Positions 11,801 to 18,828 of a DNA stretch of 32,000 nt are shown one piece after another. Under the pieces are notes generated by a model, which did no database searches, was not told the origin of the DNA, and saw only the letters and a list, made by a program, of their open reading frames with translations. Origin of the DNA: Telmatocola sphagniphila (GTDB lineage Bacteria > Planctomycetota > Planctomycetia > Gemmatales > Gemmataceae). Made by a program: the position numbers and the translations under genes. The stretch covers positions 5,640,001-5,672,000 of the forward strand of contig NZ_CP074694.1 of assembly GCF_018398935.1 (NCBI RefSeq), in the 5' to 3' direction. Position 1 is the stretch's first letter. Each line of letters opens with the position of its first letter.

Positions 11801-12349
11801 AACAGCCCCGACGCGATGTCCCGCGATCCGGAAAACCGGTTGTTCGGACGTATGAACCGTCAGCGACTGGAAGCCGAAGCCATCCGCGACAGCCTGCTGG
11901 CGGTAAGCGGACGCCTGGATTCAACGCTGGGCGGAGCGCCCTTCTCCGATCTGGCCATTCCTCGCCGCACACTTTACTTGATGTCGTCCCGGACGGCAGC
12001 GAATACCTCCGATTTCGGACGACTTTTCGATGCTGCCGATCCTAGCATGATTGTGGCCCAGCGTGGCCAGTCGGTTGTCGCCCCGCAGGCGCTTTTTTTT
12101 CTGAACGATCCCTTCGTCCGAGGAGTTGCAAAAGATTTGGCGGCCAGGATCCGGAAAGAAACACCCGAAGACCCCGAGGCCCGCATCGAACATCTTTATT
12201 CCCTGACCTTGGGTCGCAAGCCCGCGAAAGTGGAGATTGAATTCGGGAAAAAACTGCTCCTTCCATCTACTCACCATGACAGTCCCGACCCGTTAGAGCG
12301 CTACTGCCTGCTGATTTTAAGTTCGAATGAATTCCTTTTCATGGATTGA
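8861..12349 (+). CDS. Planctomycete cytochrome-c domain / DUF1549 / LamG-like / DUF1553 protein
   Basis: The tracked ORF starts at a TTG (8753). The ATG at 8861 (or 8873) gives [29 protein letters not shown], a clean signal peptide. CxxCH heme motif CVGCH at 9014-9028, DUF1549 ([23 protein letters not shown]), [11 protein letters not shown], a LamG-type segment ([19 protein letters not shown]) and DUF1553 ([29 protein letters not shown]). Confidence 0.9.
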   Translation: [1162 protein letters not shown]

Positions 12350-12394
12350 TATGAGCTACTGGGGATTAAAACCGATTCAGAACCGAGAGGGGAT

Positions 12395-13795
12395 ATGAAC
12401 AAAAACTCTAATGTTGCGAGGCAGCCGAATCGCCGCGAGATGCTGCAACGCGTCGGTGCTGGGTTCGGTTCGCTCGCACTGTCGGCCTTACTGGCCGAGG
12501 AAGCGCATGGGGCGGATTCGGCCGACCCCCTCGCTGTTCGCAAGCCGCATTTCCAAGCGCGGGCTAAACGGGTGATCTTCCTCTTTATGCCGGGCGGTCC
12601 GTCGCAAGTAGACACCTTCGATCCCAAGCCGGAACTGACGAAATTCAACGGCAAATCATCGCCTAAACTTTACCTCGGTCAGAAGCGAAACCTGCTGGCG
12701 TCCCCGTGGAAATTCCGGAAACATGGCCAATCGGGCCTCGAAGTGAGCGAACTCTTTCCGTGCGTCGCGAAGCAGGTCGACCGACTTTGCATTCTGCGCG
12801 GAATGGTCGCCGACGATGTCAATCATCCCGGCGGATGCCTGCAGATGAACACCGGGGAGCGAGTCGCCACTCGTCCCAGTCTCGGTTCCTGGGTGACCTA
12901 TGGCCTCGGCACCGAAAATCAAAATTTGCCCGGTTTCATCGCCATCGGTCCCGGTCCGCTCATCGAGGGAAACCGCCAGTATGGTGCGGCTTTTCTTCCC
13001 GCGGCCCATCAGGGAACATTCGTATCGGATATGAAGAACCCGATCCGAAATCTGAAGAATAATCAAGTATCTCCAGAGCGTCAACGACTGGAGCTTGACG
13101 CCCTGCGCCGACTGAACGAATTTCATAGGATCGATCGTTCCGAAGACAGCCGTCTCGCAGCACGCATCGAATCCTTCGAACTCGCGTATCGGATGCAGAC
13201 CCAGGCGCCCGACGCTTTTGACCTCACGAAGGAAACCGACAAAGTGCAATCGCTTTATGGCGTCGACCGCAAGGAGACCGAGACGTTCGGTCGCCAGTGC
13301 CTGTTGGCGCGACGACTCGTTGAAAGGGGTGTGCGGTTCGTGCAGCTCTACCATACGAGTGGAGGATTTCAACCCTGGGACCAGCATAGCGACTTGAAAG
13401 GAGGTCACGAGAAAAACGCCCTGGCGACGGATCGGCCGATCGCCGGCCTGTTGGAAGATCTCCAAGCGCGTGGACTTTTAGAAGACACTCTCGTGATCTG
13501 GGGCGGTGAATTTGGCCGCACGCCGGCCGCCGAAGGGAAGGACGGAAGAGACCACCATCCCTATGGGTTCACCATGTGGCTGGCCGGAGGTGGTGTGCGC
13601 GGCGGCCTGGCACACGGAGAAACCGACGAATTTGGATGGGATGCAGTACAAGATCGCGTGCATATTCATGACCTTCACGCGACAATCTTGCATCTATTGG
13701 GACTCGATCACGAAAAGCTGACCTACCGCCACGCCGGACGAGACTATCGACTCACGGACGTCAGCGGCGTCGTCGCGAAAGCGATTCTAGCTTGA
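12395..13795 (+). CDS. DUF1501 family protein, Tat-signal bearing
   Basis: 466 aa, starting 45 nt after the PSD gene. Twin-arginine motif NRREMLQRVGAGFGSLALSA, then VIFLFMPGGPSQVDTFDPKP and WGGEFGRTP...GRDHHP. It is a paralog of the 4404-5735 product. Confidence 0.9.
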   Translation: MNKNSNVARQPNRREMLQRVGAGFGSLALSALLAEEAHGADSADPLAVRKPHFQARAKRVIFLFMPGGPSQVDTFDPKPELTKFNGKSSPKLYLGQKRNLLASPWKFRKHGQSGLEVSELFPCVAKQVDRLCILRGMVADDVNHPGGCLQMNTGERVATRPSLGSWVTYGLGTENQNLPGFIAIGPGPLIEGNRQYGAAFLPAAHQGTFVSDMKNPIRNLKNNQVSPERQRLELDALRRLNEFHRIDRSEDSRLAARIESFELAYRMQTQAPDAFDLTKETDKVQSLYGVDRKETETFGRQCLLARRLVERGVRFVQLYHTSGGFQPWDQHSDLKGGHEKNALATDRPIAGLLEDLQARGLLEDTLVIWGGEFGRTPAAEGKDGRDHHPYGFTMWLAGGGVRGGLAHGETDEFGWDAVQDRVHIHDLHATILHLLGLDHEKLTYRHAGRDYRLTDVSGVVAKAILA

Positions 13796-14373
13796 ACACC
13801 TGATCTGCAGACAGTTTACTCCTTCCGGTCAACAGGCCGCTCGGTATTCAAATTGCGGCCACGAGCCCGGTTCCCGACGGAGGATACTGCAACGTTCAGC
13901 TGTGGAGCCGATGAGTATCCTGTGACAAGCAACAAGTCTTTAAGCCCCGGAGCTTATGGCAGGGATCGCTGAGGCTTCTCGGCATCCAGGCCAAAGAAGT
14001 GGTAACTGGAGAGTGCAAGTTTTTGCCAATCCGTTTCGAGGCCGTGTCCTCTTAAATCGTTGCGCCGAGCCTTCGTGCTAAGGTGCTAAAGGATCGAGTG
14101 ATCCAAAAAGAAAACACTTCTGAGCCTTTCTCAGCGTTTTAGCCGATCATCACTCAATTGTTCGTTGTCCTCGAAAGATTCGATGCATCGGATGTCTGGC
14201 TCTGACCCATCCAATCTTAACCACCTTTGTGTGGCTCAAGTTATTTTGAGCTCATACGCATTCGCTTCGCAAAGTAAAAGTATCGAGTGAATTTCCCTAC
14301 CGCCAGTGGACAATTCGTTTCTAAGATACTGCCATAGCTGCCAATATCATCCGTTGCCAGAGAAGCCTAACAA

Positions 14374-15825
14374 ATGATCCCTCTCGACGACGCCTATGTG
14401 GATGCTGCCGCCCCGAATGCCGAAGCGATCAAAAATGGTCGCAGTCTGGTTCTCAAAAACAAGTTTATCGCATTTCATATCTCTGAAGATCAATCGATCC
14501 TCTTCGGAGAGTGCCAGGGGAGCGGTAAAGAGCCTTACCGTTGCTCGTGCGATTTCATCCGCGAAGATAAACCGACCCATCGCTGTTCCTGTCCCAGCCG
14601 GCAGTTCCCCTGCAAGCACTGTCTAGGGCTGATGTACGCCTACGTGCAGAAGAAAAGCTTTAAAACCGCTGCCGTACCTGAAGATTTGCAGGCTAAACGA
14701 GAGAAATCCCAGGCTCGGGTAGAGAAGAAGCAAACCGAGGTGGAGAAACCGAAGCAGGTGAACCTGGGAGCACTTGCCAAGAAAATCAAAGCTCAGTTGG
14801 CGGGCATCGACATTCTGGAAAGATTAACGGCCGATCTTATCCGAGTAGGTATCGGCAACATGAATGCCAAGCTGGCTTCTTCCATGGAGGAGCAAGCCAA
14901 GCAGCTGGGCAATGCCTATCTGCCAGGAGCTCAGTCCGCCCTGCATGCCTACACTAAATTATTCGCAGGTGAAGAGGGCACCTTCACCGACCAGCCCAGC
15001 CAGGCCCGAGAAAAAATCTACAGTGAAGCCTTGGATCACCTTAGCCGACTGCACACTCTGGCCAAACAAGGCCGTGCGTACTTGCAGCGTCGATTAGAAG
15101 ATTCCGAACTGAAACCGGAAATCGATACCGCCATAGCTGCCTGGCTCGGCCATGCCTGGCAGCTCAGCGAATTAAAAGAGGCGGGACTGGTGGAGGTCGA
15201 TGCCGAGCTGGTTCAACTCGGCTTTAACACCCACGATGATGTCGCCCGAAAGGAATACATCGACACGGGTGTTTGGATGACGCTGAGTAATGGTCGGATT
15301 CGCATAACCCAAAATTTCCGACCCTATAAGGCTTTGAAGCATATCAAGAGCGACGATAGTTTCTTTCAAGTCGCGCAAGTACCACAACTCTACATATATC
15401 CGGGAAACGTCAATCCCCGCGTTCGCTGGGAAGGCATGGTTCCGAGGCCATTGACCCCCCAGGATCTCGAAGCGGTCCGAAAGCATGGGCACTCCGATTT
15501 CTCGGCCGTGATCAAGGAAGTGAAAGGCCATCTCAAGGGGCCATTAGCGGATAAACAACCGATTTATGCTTTGAATTTCAAGCATCTAGGCCGAGTGGGC
15601 GAAACCCTGGTCGTCGAGGACGTTACGGGAAATCGGCTCGTCTTGACCGATACGGGAATAAGCGAAGAACCGCCGAGTTGCCATCTCCTGTTGCTGCTAC
15701 CGGCCGACCTATTTCAAGGGAATACGCTTATTGCCCGCTTCCGTCATGATCTGGATACTCGTAAACTCCAGATCAAACCGCTCAGTCTGGTTAGTCGAAC
15801 ATCCATTATTCGCTTAACTCTCTGA
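14374..15825 (+). CDS. SWIM zinc-finger domain protein (YehQ-like), first gene of the five-gene operon
   Basis: 483 aa. SWIM signature CxCx6CxH = CSCPSRQFPCKH at 14584-14619, within YRCSCDFIREDKPTHRCSCPSRQFPCKHCLGLMYAY. A K/E-rich linker and a roughly 330-aa C-terminal domain of unknown function follow. Confidence 0.85.
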   Translation: MIPLDDAYVDAAAPNAEAIKNGRSLVLKNKFIAFHISEDQSILFGECQGSGKEPYRCSCDFIREDKPTHRCSCPSRQFPCKHCLGLMYAYVQKKSFKTAAVPEDLQAKREKSQARVEKKQTEVEKPKQVNLGALAKKIKAQLAGIDILERLTADLIRVGIGNMNAKLASSMEEQAKQLGNAYLPGAQSALHAYTKLFAGEEGTFTDQPSQAREKIYSEALDHLSRLHTLAKQGRAYLQRRLEDSELKPEIDTAIAAWLGHAWQLSELKEAGLVEVDAELVQLGFNTHDDVARKEYIDTGVWMTLSNGRIRITQNFRPYKALKHIKSDDSFFQVAQVPQLYIYPGNVNPRVRWEGMVPRPLTPQDLEAVRKHGHSDFSAVIKEVKGHLKGPLADKQPIYALNFKHLGRVGETLVVEDVTGNRLVLTDTGISEEPPSCHLLLLLPADLFQGNTLIARFRHDLDTRKLQIKPLSLVSRTSIIRLTL

Positions 15826-15868
15826 TTCCGTCTTTTGCTTCGCAAGAATTGTCCTGGGGTTTTCGCCA

Positions 15869-17659
15869 ATGAGCATCGCACTACTCACTCAGGTCTACGA
15901 CGAAACCCGCCGACTGGCGATTGCCGGCAGCGTGGTCGCGCCGGGGGATTTTCGACTCAAGAAGTTGATTACTCCGCTGGATCAAGCAGGTGCCAAAGCC
16001 CCTGTCTTCAGCAAGGTGGCCGAGGGGGTGAAAGCGGTTGTCGATTCGAATGATAAGACTTCCGCACAAGCTCTACTCGATCTCGCCACCCTCGTTAATG
16101 CCATTCTTTACACTCAGGGCGAAACTGGAATCGTCAGCCCTCTGGAACGGATCGAAACGACCGACCTGGGATTGCAAGTGACGCAAACCAGCGCGCGGGT
16201 GCTGAAACCCTTGATCGAAGCCTTGACCACAACCGGCTCCGGTCGATTAGAGATGATCAAGGAGGCATTCGCACAAAATGCGTTTCGCGATTTGCGACTG
16301 ATTCAACCTTCCGTCGTTGCCATCGATGATGTGTTTGCCGAACTAGCAGAGTTTGTCGCAGAAAAAATTCTTCCTCTTTATGGCAAAGCAATCCTCCCCT
16401 CGCTGAAAAGCACTTTTAACCTGAAGGGCAAAACGGGACATGGCCGACGTTTGAAATTGATGCATGCTCTCGATCCTGCCAATACACGGGAGCTCGTTAA
16501 ACAGGCTCTGGAGGAAGGTTCTAAAGAAGTTCGAGTCGCAGCCATCGAATGTCTGGGAGCCGAACCAGACGACATCGCTTATTTACTGGAACAAGCGAAC
16601 GCGAAAGCTTCAGAAGTTCGATTCGCTGCCTACTCAGCTTTGGCCGGAATAGATAATGATGCGGTACTGCCCTCATTACAAAAAGCAATTGAAGGTAAAG
16701 ATCTCTCGCAGGCGGTTTTGTCGCTGAAAAACTGCCTCAATGCCAAATTCCTGCACTACCTCTTGGGTCGAATCGAAGAATCGGTGACGGAGTTACGCAA
16801 GGAAAAAGACAAGAAAAAGATCAGCCAGAGTATTGATCGACTGCTCTATCTGCTCTATTGCCTGGAAGAGCGCCAGGATGCCCAGAGCGAAGAGTTACTA
16901 CTCAAGCTTTTCGCCGATAGAGACAAACTGCTAACTATTCGAGGCGAGACAACTTCCGGCCGGGACTTGAATAAGCGTGTTGTTTCCGTCCTCGCGCGAG
17001 GGACTCCCCATGCGCGGGAAACGCTCATCGAGAATCACGAATCATTGGACCTCGAGGATCTGAAAACCTGTTTCCAGGTCGCTCTGGAGGAATTGCCCCC
17101 CGAGAAAGTCTTCGAGATGTTTTCCCCCTACGCTTTGGGCAAAGGCGATCCCAAGAAGAAGAATCCGAAGCTGGAGAAAGTGTCGGGCGTCTTAGAAAAA
17201 CTAGCCATCCTGGATCAGCTATATTTTGGCACTAGGAAACTTCTAAACTCTGAGGCAAAAATTTCGCTCGATCCTCGTTGGCTGGATGTTGCCGTCCAGG
17301 CAAAGAAATCCAGTCTTGTCAGCCAACTAGCAAGACCTGGACATGCTGCAGCGAACGCGTTTCTGTTTGAAAGTTTTCAAAAAGCTTTAGAGAAATCGAC
17401 GTATTCTAGCGAATGTCCTCAAATTGTGGAAGGCATGGCCCGCGCTCAACATCCCGAGGCCACGGATGCCCTGATCACGATGCTCGAAAAACTTGGGGAC
17501 AAATTTAGCTATTACTACTTCTACCATTTGGAAGATATCGTCTCCCGACTCCCCACATCGGCAGTGCCCAAGCTCGAAGCCCTGGTTCCCAAATTACCCG
17601 AACGGCTGGCGGATAACTTACTGATGAGCCTGCAAAAGCTGCGTGAAAAAGCTGACTAG
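15869..17659 (+). CDS. HEAT/ARM-like repeat protein, function unknown
   Basis: 596 aa, all-helical-looking composition. HEAT-type repeats include SKEVRVAAIECLGAEPDD, SEVRFAAYSALAGIDNDAVLPSLQKAI and HPEATDALITMLEKLGD. It starts 43 nt after the SWIM gene and ends 44 nt before the ATPase gene. Confidence 0.7.
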   Translation: MSIALLTQVYDETRRLAIAGSVVAPGDFRLKKLITPLDQAGAKAPVFSKVAEGVKAVVDSNDKTSAQALLDLATLVNAILYTQGETGIVSPLERIETTDLGLQVTQTSARVLKPLIEALTTTGSGRLEMIKEAFAQNAFRDLRLIQPSVVAIDDVFAELAEFVAEKILPLYGKAILPSLKSTFNLKGKTGHGRRLKLMHALDPANTRELVKQALEEGSKEVRVAAIECLGAEPDDIAYLLEQANAKASEVRFAAYSALAGIDNDAVLPSLQKAIEGKDLSQAVLSLKNCLNAKFLHYLLGRIEESVTELRKEKDKKKISQSIDRLLYLLYCLEERQDAQSEELLLKLFADRDKLLTIRGETTSGRDLNKRVVSVLARGTPHARETLIENHESLDLEDLKTCFQVALEELPPEKVFEMFSPYALGKGDPKKKNPKLEKVSGVLEKLAILDQLYFGTRKLLNSEAKISLDPRWLDVAVQAKKSSLVSQLARPGHAAANAFLFESFQKALEKSTYSSECPQIVEGMARAQHPEATDALITMLEKLGDKFSYYYFYHLEDIVSRLPTSAVPKLEALVPKLPERLADNLLMSLQKLREKAD

Positions 17660-17703
17660 GAATTTACCTGGAATTGCATCGAACAACTCTTGAGGCGATC
17701 TAA

Positions 17704-18828
17704 ATGGCAAAGAAAAAGGCGGAAGAAGCGACCTCATCCAATTCTGGCTCGCAGATGCTGCGGGCTCCCGCAGAGATTCTCTACGCTACCGAGCTTGAAC
17801 AACTGGCCAAAGAGGATAAATTCGAACGTCCGCCCGGCTGGCGTTTGTCCGCTCGCGCCGTGCTGACCTATATCTGCGGCGGTAAATCGGGCTCGATGGA
17901 GATTACGCCCAAATACATCGGCAATAAACGCATTGTCGAAATCGCCATCTCCACACTAGTGACCGATCGATCGCTTTTACTTTTGGGCGAACCGGGAACT
18001 GCCAAATCCTGGCTTTCCGAACATCTCGCAGCTGCCATCAATGGCGATTCAACCAAGGTGGTGCAAGGCACCGCCGGTACGACCGAAGAACAGATTCGTT
18101 ATTCGTGGAACTATGCGATGCTGATCGCCAAGGGCCCCAGCCACGACGCCTTGATTAAAAGTCCCATCTTTCGTGCGATGGAATCAGGCACCATCGCCCG
18201 CTTTGAAGAAATCACCCGCTGTGCTGCCGAAGTTCAGGATGCTTTGATTTCCCTGCTTTCTGAAAAGCGCCTCTCATTGCCTGAATTGGCGACGGAAGTT
18301 CCTGCGAATAAAGGCTTCTCGATCATCGCCACGGCCAATACTCGCGATCGCGGCGTTAACGACATGTCTGCGGCCTTGAAACGACGCTTCAACATGATCG
18401 TGCTTCCCAGCCCCTCAAATCTGGAAACCGAGATTCAGATCGTCCGTAAGCGAGTTCAGGAACTCGCCGTCAGTCTAGAGCTGAAAGCGAACATCCCGAC
18501 CGAAGACGCCGTGGCTCAAGTGGTCACCATCTTCCGCGAACTTCGAACGGGTCAAACGCTCGACGGCAAGAATAAGCTGAAAGTGCCTTCGGGGGTACTA
18601 TCCACAGCCGAGGCCATCTCCGTTCTGGCTAACGGCATGGCTCTCGCGGGTAACTTCGGAAATGGAGAAGTCTCCGCTCACGATCTGGCGGCCGGTCTTC
18701 AAGGGGCCGTCGTAAAGGATGAGGAAAAAGATAAGGTCATCTGGCAGGAATATCTTTCGAATGTCGTGAAAAAACGTGGCTCCGAATGGTTGCCGCTGTT
18801 CACCTCTTGCTCGGAGCACAATTCGTGA
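17704..18828 (+). CDS. MoxR-type AAA+ ATPase (AAA_5-like, YehL-like)
   Basis: 374 aa with GAGG upstream of the ATG. Walker A LLLLGEPGTAKS (GEPGTAKS at 17986-18009). Walker B region IARFEE at 18193-18210, followed by ITRCAAEVQDALISLLSEKRL and FSIIATANTRD...ALKRRF. This is collinear with the MoxR core (DEINRA...vqsaLLeamqE...ViATqNP...DRF). Confidence 0.88.
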   Translation: MAKKKAEEATSSNSGSQMLRAPAEILYATELEQLAKEDKFERPPGWRLSARAVLTYICGGKSGSMEITPKYIGNKRIVEIAISTLVTDRSLLLLGEPGTAKSWLSEHLAAAINGDSTKVVQGTAGTTEEQIRYSWNYAMLIAKGPSHDALIKSPIFRAMESGTIARFEEITRCAAEVQDALISLLSEKRLSLPELATEVPANKGFSIIATANTRDRGVNDMSAALKRRFNMIVLPSPSNLETEIQIVRKRVQELAVSLELKANIPTEDAVAQVVTIFRELRTGQTLDGKNKLKVPSGVLSTAEAISVLANGMALAGNFGNGEVSAHDLAAGLQGAVVKDEEKDKVIWQEYLSNVVKKRGSEWLPLFTSCSEHNS

